Origin: Chrysomallon squamiferum
Lineage: Eukaryota > Animalia > Mollusca
NCBI GenBank assembly: GCA_012295275.1
Contig: CM022679.1
Coordinates: 15,686,001-15,750,000, forward strand
Reading direction: 5' to 3'
DNA length: 64,000 bases
This document shows, in pieces, positions 25,920-38,406 of this stretch. Below the pieces are notes generated by a model that was not told the DNA's origin, made no database searches, and saw nothing but the letters and a program-made list of their open reading frames with translations. Both the position numbers and the translations under genes were made by a program. The first letter of the stretch is position 1. Every line of letters starts with the position of its first letter.

Positions 25920-26105
25920 CTGTTTTTCAACTGTTTACATTTAATCCCAGTTATTTCGACTGTTTACATTAGTTCCAAATTTTCAGATGTTTACATTTAA
26001 ATCGAAGTTTTTTCATCAATTTGCATTTGGTCTTAAACTTTCAATTGTTTACATTTACTTCCATGTTTCTGAACAGTCTACGTTTATCCCTGGTTTTTCC
26101 GAAGT
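25920..26105. repeat. Degenerate ~28-bp tandem array with TGTTTACATT core
   Basis: About six units of the form TTTC..NTGTTTACATTT.., four with an intact TGTTTACATT. Confidence 0.75.
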
Positions 26106-26394
26106 GACACTTAATAGTGTTGTGAGTATCGCTGCCGACACGTGACATTACAGATGAGGATAGAAATTACTCCAACAGACTCTGTGGCATTTTCTCTCCA
26201 CTGACACTACTGAATGAGTTGAATTTTATAACAAATCTCTTAAAAAAATACTAAGAGATTGTGAAGTCTAAAATCCCTTGCTACTCTTTTGGTTTATTTA
26301 GTAAATATATTGATGCTTGTTTGTATTAGGAAATAAAAACAGTGACAGACCAGTTTAATATGATAAACGCTTAAGATAATAATGATACAACGAT

Positions 26395-26690
26395 TCCTTC
26401 ATTATTCCTTCGTAAAATGAAGTAACTACAGTCCGTTCGGAAAATACTGCAACATCAGACTCTTCAAGAAAACAGATACGTAACTGACCGTTCTGGAAAA
26501 ATTACAGAAGCTATATATTTATATATACCCTTCGGAAAATTCTACAGAAATAGCAAATCCCTTCGGGAAAAAAGAATTTAAAAAAATAGACTTAAGGAAA
26601 TTTATGAAACACGGTCGGTCCATTCAGAAATATCTAGAGCAAAAGCAGAGACAGAAAAATTGACGTGAACTGACCCGTTCCTAAATGATT
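26395..26690. repeat. Degenerate ~30-bp tandem array with CCNTTC(G)GAAAA core
   Basis: Recurrent ccttcgtaaaat, ccgttcggaaaat, ctcttcaagaaaa, ccgttctggaaaa, cccttcggaaaat, cccttcgggaaaa, ccattcagaaat and ccgttcctaaat. Confidence 0.6.
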
Positions 26691-26930
26691 AATCTATTCC
26701 TTATTGACGATCGATAGGAAAGCACTTGAGAAAGCCGGCTTTCTTAGCCCTATGGGCAGAGCCTATCTGTCGTAACACGGGGCTTCGATGGAATCCCCCA
26801 AACACCAAAACAAACCAAAAGCAAGTATCGATATTTCGTTGCAGAACAAACACCACTACATACTGTTTTCAAAGAAAATATATACATACATTTTTAGAAC
26901 TTTTGTTTATAATGTCTTTTCGTAAATTAC

Positions 26931-27129
26931 CTGATTTCGGAGAGTGACCACCCGGTGAAGTAACGGCACTCAGGGAGCCGTGGCTGGTGTTAGACAGGGT
27001 GAGATCCGAGGCCCCGGCGGTCGGGGTGCTTTCCGTGAGGTGGTGGTGCATCGTGAGGGCAGAACTGGGACCACTTCCACATCCGACAACTAGTTCGTCC
27101 AAACACAACGAATCATTTAAGGTGTCCAT
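26931..27129 (-). CDS. Pitx: Pitx coding exon 1 (N-terminus MDTLNDSLCLDELVVGCGSG...GGHSPKS)
   Basis: ATG at 27129 is immediately preceded by an in-frame TAG. The stretch is GC-rich and coding-like, and ends at the donor TCAG|gtaatt. Length is 199 nt (66 codons + 1), and the phase-1 G joins the AT of exon 2 to give GAT (Asp) and an open frame into the homeodomain. Confidence 0.85.
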
Positions 27130-27146
27130 CTATCCAGAGAAACTGT

Positions 27147-27284
27147 TCACTGACCGCTGACTGACCAGTTGGTCAAGTGAATTTGCTGTCCAGTACAACC
27201 GACACCACAAGCCCGTATGTTGGGTCCGAACACGGTAGATAAAACTGACAACTGTAGGTTAAAGGGGAGGTGCCTTCCTTTCAT
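27147..27284 (-). other. 45-codon upstream ORF in the putative Pitx 5' leader
   Basis: ATG at 27284, MKGRHLPFNLQ...NWSVSGQ, stop ending at 27147, 17 nt before the Pitx ATG. It is only relevant if the TSS lies upstream of 27284. Confidence 0.4.
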
Positions 27285-27539
27285 AGATAACTGCGGCTGG
27301 CCGACGCACGATAAAATACAGAGAGATAGATAATCCAAAAGGTTCCGCTCAAGAACGGATAAACTTCGGTAGCGTTTCCGAAGGCTTCTAGTGACAAACT
27401 GATAGACAGACAGCTCGGGCAAAACAGTTACCCCTTTGCAAGACACTTGTAAATACTCATCTGCATACTAGGAAAGCCCTTTTACTTGTAACTGTGTTTG
27501 TTGAAGGCTTAAAAACCTATCGTCGCACATCAATCAACC

Positions 27540-27700
27540 CCTGAGCGGGAGGTTAGCGCGAGCGTGACTATTTGAGCATGCCTGGACTGTGACGTCACAA
27601 GCCAACAGGACTATAAGCAAAGTTCCCAGGCTGCTCTGCGAGAGGCGGGGCGAGGGAGGGACTTCATTCCCGAGCTGGCTGTCAGTCAAATCCGTTAAAA
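27540..27700 (-). promoter_or_regulatory. Candidate Pitx proximal promoter
   Basis: GC/CpG-richer island 400-570 bp upstream of the ATG, with a full CRE TGACGTCA (27590-27597), a GC box GAGGCGGGGC (27642-27651) and a TGACAG TALE-type site (~27679). The TSS cannot be determined from sequence. Confidence 0.6.
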
Positions 27701-27954
27701 ATTTTACATGCGATATAGGCTCGCGTTGAACTAGATAATTAAATCAAATCTGCAGCTTTTCACTCGGAAAACAATGTATTCGTTTAAGAAGTGCACGATT
27801 TATTTATGAATCGTTTCTCAGGAAAGATATAAGTCCTAAAATTCTTCAGCAGAGGGTTTGTAAGAAATTCCTTAGGATTCAGCGGGATCATTTTCTGAAT
27901 TACAAATAAGATCTACTAAGCAGAACATGCAATAAACTCAACAATTTTTCATAA

Positions 27955-28012
<58 letters not shown>

Positions 28013-29693
28013 TACTTCAGCGGCAACTGTGGTTAAAAACAACAAATGTATTCACAATGTTTTCCTTTTAAAATAAAATTAACAAAAATACTGTTTGTAC
28101 CACCAACGAAAATGCGCTGTTTAAAAAAAATAAATGCCTTGAATTCGCAAATAAATGCAAGAACCTTTTCATATATTAACTGTGTTTTCCCGTATATATG
28201 AATATTTGTCATAGTTTCTTTTCTTAAAACAAAACTAAACAAAACAAAATAAAAATAAAATGTGTAATATTTCTGTGTAAATCTAGTTTTCTAAACTGCT
28301 ATAAATTTTATAATTTGATTTTTCGTTCTAAAAATTATTTACATTTTTATTCATACATTAGTTTTATTCAGAAATTAAAATGAAACAGTATATAAAAGCG
28401 AAAACATAAATAAATAAATGAGACTGGGGATACGATCTATAGTATAGTAAATAGAAGTTCTATCTTTTAGTATGGTTGTTAAAGAAAAATCATCTATTTA
28501 TTCGTTAATATATTTATTTATAAATTTGTTTCTAAATGCATTTTATTAAGAATTTAAACTTATACCATCAAATACAACAGTTTCTTTTAGACTTCAAATG
28601 ATTTTAATACCGTACAATTTTCGCCATGGCCAAGGGGAGGTAATTCTAATACAAACACAAGCAGACGACAAAATGCGCGTGAGAATGTACCGTCACCGCC
28701 AATTTCTTTGTTCCTTTTCGTCAAACACTGCTTCTGCTTCCACAATTGTTTAGTACATTAACTTCTGTGAAACTGAAACAACCTTAAGCGAAAGAACAAA
28801 AAAAAAGAAAAGAAGAATTTTTACAAAAGCTGAACGCAGAGGTAATTCTTTTAGTGGGGCCATTTCATTGGGACAATAACAGGACCGTTTTGCGACAGTC
28901 TAATTGCACTTGAGATAGTTCGATACCTGGAGGGGGGAGGGTTCGTCGCTTTGAGCTGCTACTATCTGCATCAACAAACCTACACTGGAGTGTGTAATGC
29001 CCCACACTGGACAGGTAGTTTTGCATGATAACGATATATCACAACATTTGACGGTTTACAAACCCGAGATGTCCTTTTTCCATCGTCAGGAGGTGCGAGT
29101 GAGGCGGCACAAAAGGCTGCTTAGACTAGATAATTAAAAATATCCCTGCGATTGCAGCGTAGATTGCATTAGCTCATAGCTCTTTGTAATACGCTTACTG
29201 TGATAATGTGCGCCGACTGATATGTAGAAACATCAATATGTGATGGGTGATCGGGCGTCCGTATTTCAACAGTCGCATAACACGACAGCTGTAAAACACA
29301 CAGAGATAAAAACACGCACATGATACTGTATACCAAGATATGAATCATAGCGGTAAAAAGAATATAGCATATATTCGAATACGTTTAGACATAAATTTGC
29401 AAAATATTATGCACTGACACAAAGTTACATTAGAAAATAACGATAGTAATGGTATAGTTAATGAAATAATAAATATATAAAGAAATAAATAATACAGATT
29501 AATAAATTATAGATAGAAACAAACAAAAATACTTGGCTTGTTCGCATGGTGATGTGTGCTAGATTTGTCAAGTGTAAACTGAATAATAATTATACTAACA
29601 ACATTTCATAATCGCCATAACAACCAAAACAACAACAACAATAATAAAAAAATGTATGATGATGATGGTAATAATAATAATAATAATAAAAAA

Positions 29694-29750
<57 letters not shown>

Positions 29751-30552
29751 TATAAGACTTATAATAATCGCACTACTGATACTATTATTAACAACAATAA
29801 CTAACAGTGATAATAATAATTTATTAAACAATAGAGAATTGTTATTATACTTATAATAATAATAGTACTTATAATAATGTTATTAGCAATAATAAAAATG
29901 ATAATAATAATTTATTAAGCAAAAGAAAAAATATAGAACAAGTTTCTTTTCAGATATATTATTATTATTATTATTATTATACATATTTAAACATCACTGA
30001 AATATTAATGAATTATATATATATACTGTTTTTCATAATAATGATTATTATTATTATTATATTTTAATGCATTATTATTATAACTTTTGTAAATTTATTT
30101 TAATTTATTTTATTTAAGTTATTTTAATATTACAATTTTAAGATAAAATAAATTCCCAACAGTTAATAACATTTGTAAATTACTTAAATAAATCTGAAAA
30201 CTGAACTCGGGTTTACTTTTATTTTTATAGTTAGTATTTTCTCCAAACTCGTGCTGTTTTCGCTATTTTCCAGTCGGAATAGTAATACAACAAAAACTCT
30301 ACAATACATTGCTAGCATTACTAGTATTTTCTTGCCTTAATAAGACAAAAAATTAATCGATTTAACATTTTCATATGAGCGGAAATGAATCAGAAATAAG
30401 CTTTTGATCTTGTAGGAATATTAAAATATTTTCTTGCAAGATTTGACGGGAAATCTTAATAGTTTTCTTTCTAAACGAGCGTGCACTTGAAACAGAAAAA
30501 GTATTTCGTTAGCGGCGGTTTCTCCAGCATGTCTCTCGATTCTCCAGCAGAA

Positions 30553-30566
30553 GCGCCATCTGGCGG
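30553..30566 (-). promoter_or_regulatory. CTCF-like core motif CCGCCAGATGGCGC
   Basis: Matches the bilaterian CTCF core CCRCYAGRKGGCRS, about 3 kb upstream of the Pitx promoter. Motif match only. Confidence 0.5.
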
Positions 30567-30995
30567 GTATAAAACACAGGTCCCGTTACTCTCAAGTCTT
30601 TTGGGTGAAATATAACCGAATTTCGAGTGCCACTTATGCGGTTCGCTTCGTCACATTATTTTATTTTTTTCTTTCCAAAATATCTTTTTTTATTTAGTTA
30701 TTTTTATTTTTTTATTTTTTCCCACTTTCTGACTTTAGCATTTCTATTACAATTTACTTCTTTTCTGGTTTTCTTTTCATTTATTCTTTTTTTTTTCGTT
30801 ATTATTATTATTTTTTTATTTTGTTGTTGTTGTTGTTGTTGTTGTTGTTTTATCATTCATTCAGCCTTTCTTTCTTTCTTATTTTTTTGTTTTAACTTAT
30901 TTATCTGCTCTGTTACAGATTTTAAAAATATATTTATTCATTTGACTTATTTCTTTCTTTCTCCCTTTCTTCCAGACCCATCTTCTCCTCTTTTT

Positions 30996-31084
30996 CTTTT
31001 TACTCTCTCTAACATTCTCTTTATCTTTTTACTCTCTCTAACATTCTCTTTCTCTTTTTACTCTCTCTAACATTCTCTTTCTCT
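30996..31084. repeat. 3 x 29-bp pyrimidine-rich tandem repeat
   Basis: CTTTTTACTCTCTCTAACATTCTCTTT(A/C)T units start at 30996, 31025 and 31054. Confidence 0.9.
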
Positions 31085-32084
31085 CAACAGATCGAGTCTA
31101 AAATTAAAAAGATTTTAATGTGGCATTATCAAACGCGAGGACTTAACCCTGTCTCAGAATTGCACAGTCCAGAGATGAGTAGAGAGACATAATGAAACGT
31201 GGCCAAGGCGAGTTGGGATTAACGCTGCGAGTAACTTTGGGAATAACTTTGAAAAATGGTTCCAATATCAAATAAGGCCGCCATCGACGAAGCCGCTTCG
31301 GACATAACCCCAGCATACGTATGCATTTATAAAATCATTACAACGCGAGATGCGAAGATAATGGGCCTGTCCATATCCCCTGACTGACAGTGTTTGGGGG
31401 CTCAGGGGACCCCCGATTTCGTTCCTGTGTTTGAGAAAGAAATTTTGAAGGCCTAATCCGCGCCAAATGAAATACTACCAAATTGCGCCCATGCGTTGTC
31501 AGGCCTAAAGCGGCCATGATTCATTAAAAGAGACAAACATTCCTATTACAATTTGACAAGTCTTCAAGAAAACGAATGGCTCATTGGGGAATAGGGATAT
31601 ATCTGGCCGGGGAAATGTTTGTTGAAATACAGAGGAGGATATAACGAAAATGGAAATTTACCACTGCCTGTCAAATTCGAAACTAACGTTGCATGGTCAG
31701 TGTCTTGAAAATAAAGGGGGGAAAAATAAAAACAAAAATTCGGGAGACTTTTGTAGTAGTAGCATAATTGTAGCAGTAACAGTAGTAGTGATGATAGTTT
31801 ACGTAGAAGTAGCAGTGGTATTGATGGAAGGAGATGTAGTCGTAGTAGTGGTAGATGTATTGGTTACTGCTGATGTTGCTGTAGCAGTAATTGTAAAATC
31901 ACTGTAGTCAAAAAGATGCGGTCGTTCTTGTTTTTTATTTTAACAATAAAAGAAACTGCATTTTAAAATCCGTCTATGTAAATCTAGACTTTCATTTGTA
32001 ATTTTCTTATAATTTTACAAACATTAATGTTTTAAATTTAAAACCAATAATAGGAATGTTCCCGCCACTTGAAATTCTCATTGT

Positions 32085-32119
<35 letters not shown>

Positions 32120-32345
32120 TTAGAAGATAAGTATAATTAAAGTGTTCTATTCCATTGGTATAGTGTAATGAAATATACTTTTTAATAATATATGCTGATA
32201 ATAATTAGCAATAAAATAATAACAACAATATTTTAGTTGTTGTTTTGTTGTTGTTTTTTTTTAAAAAGAGAGAGACAGAGAGAGAGAGAAAAAAAGTAAT
32301 TTTATTTATGAACGTTGCAATGACTTATAAAGATATTTATTTATT

Positions 32346-32400
<55 letters not shown>

Positions 32401-32777
32401 TTATTCTATATAATGCAGTAGAGATATATCCATCCGTCGCTTTAGTAACTATGCATATTCTATGTAAGGATGAAATGATTTGGCGGAAAGCCGCGAAATT
32501 CCACGCGCGTTTTCCCGTACACTGGTAAAATAGTAGCTACAGACGTGTTGCGCTAGCCCGGCTGTGTAAACATTCTGATTTGATTGTTAATTAGTTCATT
32601 AAGTATAAAACAGTTCTTTCTTTTCATATCATCATTTCAAAATCAACTGAACCTCTTTAGAGAAAAAGAATTATAAATTTTCGGGTGGCTTCATTTGGTT
32701 TAGTTTTTTTTGGACGTGAATAATATTCATGGACGATTTTAGAATATTAAAACGAAACATTAATTTTATTTATTTGT

Positions 32778-32824
<47 letters not shown>

Positions 32825-33245
32825 TATTTTCTTCAAAAATAGTTTAAAAAAACTCATAGAAGAAACTATCCAAGTTAACACTGAGTGACAAAGTATTCTT
32901 TTGTTTAAAAAAAAAAAAAAAAATAAAACAACCTTTCTTTCTTCTTTTCTTAAATCTGTAGTGTTACTGCCAAGATTAACGAAGTTTATGCTGTCATATT
33001 TTCAGTACATTAATAAGTAAATAAAAAACATTAGTTTTATTTATGTATGTGTTATTTACTATTAATTTGTTTACTTACTTATTTATTTACTGACTGACTG
33101 ACTTACTAATTACTTTATTTATTAAGTAATTTCAATTTTATTTTAATTTATGTAAAGCAGAACAAAATAAATAAATAAATGTAAGTACTAAAATTAAAAC
33201 CTAAAATAATTTCTGAGAAGAAAAAAATTATTGTTTTCCCTCTGA

Positions 33246-33292
<47 letters not shown>

Positions 33293-33355
33293 TAAATACT
33301 ACTACTACTACTTCTAATACTACTACTACTAATAATAATAATGAAAATAATAATA

Positions 33356-33398
<43 letters not shown>

Positions 33399-34570
33399 GT
33401 AATAATAATAATAAAGGCAGTAACAAAACAATAATCTGTATAAACGCAGACACACATATACATACCATATGCACATAATTAAATTAAAATAAAATAAATC
33501 CAAAATATAAAAAAAATAAATAAATAAATAAAAAAACTAAAAAGGCATTTGTAATTTACTTCAACATTCAACGTAAGTTAACACGAAACAATATTATAAT
33601 ATAACTGAAAATAAAAGTAAAAATCAAAGGTATGCTGTAAACTCTGGACATGACGAGGTATTGTCATACGTATACTGAAAGTATGTAAACATTCCAACAG
33701 AAACGCCCACAATGCTGTTTTACCACATCCAGGAATTTCTAATACCATTCTAAGTATCGTAGGTAAAACCACAACAGTGTCAATACAGTTTCTGTGTCTA
33801 ATTGCTATTAAGTTGTCGCGAGGTGGTTTAACGTACTTTAAGTTACAGCTATCAGGCGATACCCTGTACATGTCATAATTCGTGTAATGCAGTTCACGGG
33901 TGGGTACAGACACATTTATGACATGGAGAGATGGGGGTAGATGTTTTATGACTTCGGCTTTGTTCGTTGCCGATCAAAGAGTGAAAGTTTGATTAACGAC
34001 ATCAGTTCTGATCATTCTTTGAATGCAAGCATTGATGTTAGGGACAGAGTGAAAAATATACTGACATTTATATTACGGTATGCTCATGTCATAAAACTAC
34101 TGAATAGTGCAACATTCAGTGTATATTTGAAAAAGAAATCATATGTAATAATATGCAACAAAATTTGAAATATTGATAAAAGACGTACGAACGGACGCAC
34201 AATCTTTGTGTTCGCAGTGGTATATTTGACAAAATAATTAATAGAAAAGTAAAAGTTTTCTTACGAATGAGTCAAAGTATGTAAACTCAAGTATAACGTG
34301 CATAGTAGAGTTTAAAAAAATAATTAGTACGTAATATAGTTTGTTAGACCTGGTTTTGTTAGAGGAATTCACATAATGTTTAAACGTTTTGTTTGTTTCT
34401 TTTTATTTATTTATTTATTAAAGATTTTTTATTTATTTATTTATTTATTTTTATTTATTTATTTATTAAAGACTATATTAAAAATTGTCGAATAAATTAA
34501 TTAATTAATATTAAATGAATACCTCATTAATATTTCCAGTAAGTCTGAAGTGGATACCCACTACTACCAC

Positions 34571-34616
34571 TATTTGTAACGTATTTGTAACGTATATGTA
34601 ACATATTTGTAATGTA
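34571..34616. repeat. 4 x 11-bp tandem repeat TATTTGTAACG
   Basis: Read directly. Two perfect and two variant units. Confidence 0.8.
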
Positions 34617-34835
34617 TTTTCGAAGAGTCACAAAAATTAGCATATAAAACGCAGTCTTTGTGAGATAATTATTGACATTTGGAAACATTTACTTCTTTCT
34701 TCTTCTTCTACTACTACTACCACAACTACACCACTACCACTACTACTACTAAGAGTATTATAACTGTTTCTCCTACTACTGCAATAATAACAATTAACCA
34801 TATTACATATCCTACTACTACTATTATTACTAGTA

Positions 34836-34870
<35 letters not shown>

Positions 34871-35244
34871 ACTGCTACTACTACTGCTACTACTGCTGCT
34901 GCTACAACTACTATTACTATTACTACTGCTACTACTATTGTTTTGTTGTTATTGTTTCTGTGCTTATTTCAGATATTATTATCTTTCTCAGACTGAGATA
35001 CAAGGTCTCACAGACGCTGGTACGTGTGTCACGATGCAGAGGAAACGACTCTGGGGAGAGAAAGACGGAAATGTTCCAGTGTGTGTAGAACATACAAAAA
35101 GTATGCTGAGCAATGTTCACCAAAGAAAAACGTTCTTTTCAATGATTCTTTCACAAAGCCTCGAGCCAGAGTGACAATCTTTAAACAAACGAGGCCGGTC
35201 TTTAGAAGTCTGTACGTCAGCCCCGCCCTCTGTGACATCGAGTC

Positions 35245-35271
35245 TGTGTGTGTGTGTGTGTGTGTGTGAGT

Positions 35272-35316
<45 letters not shown>

Positions 35317-35350
35317 TGTATGTATGTGTGTATGTGTGTATGTGTGTATG

Positions 35351-35383
<33 letters not shown>
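35245..35383. repeat. Imperfect (GT)n microsatellite
   Basis: Read directly. Confidence 0.95.
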
Positions 35384-35384
<1 letters not shown>

Positions 35385-37020
35385 CGCTTCACTATCACAG
35401 TCGGAAATAACTGTAAATTGTTGTCACGAATATGGAATTTTCTTCCCTTCCCTAACTTCAGAGATAATCGGGGAATAAAATATAATAAAAGTTACATCAT
35501 TTTAAGTCATAACTCTTTACTCTAAATCTTATCATTCTACAAGTAAAATAGCAGATGCTGGTTATATAACAAAAATATTTTTGCAACGCCAGCTCTAACA
35601 TTAAATTAAAAACAAAAGTGTTCTAAAATTTATTTCATAGAAGACTAATTTATAAGTAACCAACAAGATCAGTATTATAAGCTTAGCGATACAGAATTTA
35701 TTGTTTAATATGTGTAAATAATGTCTCAAATATATAAACAGATGTAATGTCCTTAATCTCTAATTTCATTTACAAGTATTCTTTAAGAAATCATAGATGT
35801 CGTTTACTAGATGTTAAAGCCGTTCAAAATGTGTGATGAGAGAAATGAAGAAAAACAAAAATGAAGCTAAATTTAGAACTACATGAATAATTCGTTGTTA
35901 TTTATTTATTTATTTATTTATATTTAGTTATTGTTTTACTTATTTAGCGAAAGGTGAGATGTGACAGTCTAAAACACATTTCGTAAAATATTTTTTGAAA
36001 AATATATTAATCATTATCAAAATATTTCCGCTAATCAGTTATAATTTCAGTATAAAAATAGATTGAAAAAAGAATATGTTTTAAAATGAAATTTGGAAAC
36101 TGCATACGGTTTGAAATTAAAACTCGTTTTAAAATAAAAATTAAGTATTCATATGCAAACTAGACTTAAAGATTTACAAAATGGTTTCTTTGAGTAATGA
36201 AACAATTTCCAGTATTTTTGGATCATATGATTTAAAGTAATTTGGAAAAACATACAAACGTATACAAATGACATTAACATGTATTTATGTACTTTCATTC
36301 ATATGCATTCGTTATTTTGATTACTGACATTATATTTGACAATTTATCAAATCGTGTTTTGATAGCAGCCATAAGTGGAAATCTAATCATGTAAAAACTG
36401 AAAGTTAAAATTATTTTCTGATTAACGCCATATCAGCGGGCGTAAATTATTGACTTTGTCGATTTGAAATGAGTTTGGCTTTTACGAATCAAAATTATGA
36501 AACAGTTCCTTGCGTATAGTATCTGTCTAGCCATTACAAAAGACTAGTCACTTAGAGCAGTCGTCTACAAAAGTTCTTTCTTAACAACTCATCTCTATTC
36601 TGACAAATGTCAAAGCCTGAAAAAAAAAGTATTAGGTTTATCGGGTACATGTAATTTAGTGCTGCACTTGTTTTTCCTTTTTTATTTTTAAATAAGAGAA
36701 ACTGACGCGAGAAGACTTCACGACAAAGTGTCGAACACTTAACATTATGCCAGCTTTTCTTCAGCCACTTGCAAGCCTTTAGAAATCTTAATTTTGCACA
36801 GTTGGTTCATGGTTACTTTTACGGAAAACCGTCAAAAGAATAATGAAATGTTCAAACAGATTCGCACACAATATGTCCGTGTTTCGGAAGTTTAATCCGT
36901 AAGCGATACAATTTCCACACAATGTAGTGAATACAAGATTTATTTGTTTAGCGGAATGGATTAACGAGACACCAGACCTTTGAAAAGATCACTCTCAGAT
37001 GATTAAATATCGCTCAAATT

Positions 37021-37201
37021 TTCACTATGGATGCAACAACCCCAAGTCGGATTGCGTGTACAAAAGAGGCCACTGCGACACAAGTGAAAATTGAAAAGGG
37101 AACAGGGTGTCAACTGCAATACTTTGGAAGAAGAAAAAACTGACGAAGAGACGCGTGCCGTTTGAATGGAGTCTTCGCATATGATCATCTAACTCCGTGA
37201 T
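37021..37201. repeat. Inverted duplication, arm A (apparent source copy)
   Basis: Reverse complement of 39450-39630, with two mismatches seen by eye. The ORF track shows the same peptide (ITELDDHMRRLHSNGTR...LGLLHP) on opposite strands. Confidence 0.95.
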
Positions 37202-38280
37202 TTCCGCAGCGTTTTTCTTTACCATCGGCGTACTTTCTTAATTACATCGCCAGAGCTCGAACAAAAGAGATTGAAGAATTTTATCTTGAAAAGAGAAAGT
37301 TACTAAACAAAGAAATGTCAAAATGATTCTGTGGTGCAAATATCGAAGTAGCCTAATTTCGAGAAAGAGTGGACTAACTCCACGACACACAGAGGGTCGG
37401 AAGAAGACAAATATTGATACAGAGAGAGGTGGACGAGTTTTATTAGTTTTCCAGATGTATTTGCAGCGATTCTAATTTTTATCACTTGCTAATCATGCAC
37501 TTATGATATGAAAGTTTGTGCAACTTGAGCCGCGATTTCAAAGATTTTCGTTTGAAATCGGAGACTGCAGTCAGAGTTTGGATTTGTAGCACGAACTGGG
37601 CAGACGGCTGGGGCAAGCAAAACACGGCCCGGAGACTACTAACATCATTGATAACCAGTTCACCGTGCCCCCTAGGCGATCTTTAGTAAATACGAAACTC
37701 ATTTCGACGCATATATTTTTTATTTCGTTTTTGAAGCATATGTAGTCGATGTCACCAATAGTGTCATTTATCCAAGGACCTTCTGTGTGTATCTAAGTCC
37801 TTTGATATAAAAGATTCGGCTTTGAAATACAAGAGACGACGATACATAAAATCAAAACAGAAACATTAAAATTTGCATAGTAAATACTGCTGAAAATTTC
37901 AGCGTGTGTTTATAATATAAGACTGAAGAGACGTTATTGATTCTGTAGGTAGTAGAAACCGGGTTGGTTTGCTAACAGAAGTAAAGCCTAAAATATTGTG
38001 TACGACATGGATGTGATTCTCAATCTTTTGTATTTTAAAAAGACTTTATGTGAAAAGAGGTATTGCTAAAAATATTAATCAAAATAATCCTTTTTAATCT
38101 TACTCAAGTTGAAATAAAATACTTATATTTTAGCTTTATTTATGGGTATATGAAAAAATATAAATAAATTAATTGCTTTCAATCAATAGAAGTAACACAC
38201 AAATATTTAATAAACTTCATTTTCGGTTCATTCATAATCATCACAAAAGAAGACATAATTACGTTAAAAAGTGCATCGTT

Positions 38281-38406
38281 AATCCTGATACTCCATTAAA
38301 AACTATAATCAAGTCAATTTTATTAATACAAAATAAAACCATAAATATGAAGAAATATATATATATATATTGATTATCGAATAATTTTTAATGGAGTATC
38401 AAGATT
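38281..38406. repeat. Short inverted repeat (22-bp arms, 1 mismatch)
   Basis: AATCCTGATACTCCATTAAAAA (38281-38302) pairs with TTTTTAATGGAGTATCAAGATT (38385-38406). Inner ATAATCAA/TTGATTAT pairing extends the stem. Confidence 0.85.

Noticed and set aside
26726-26947. 73-aa plus-strand ORF overlapping the exon 1 donor
   Set aside because: Non-ATG start, no recognisable family, and its length is expected by chance.
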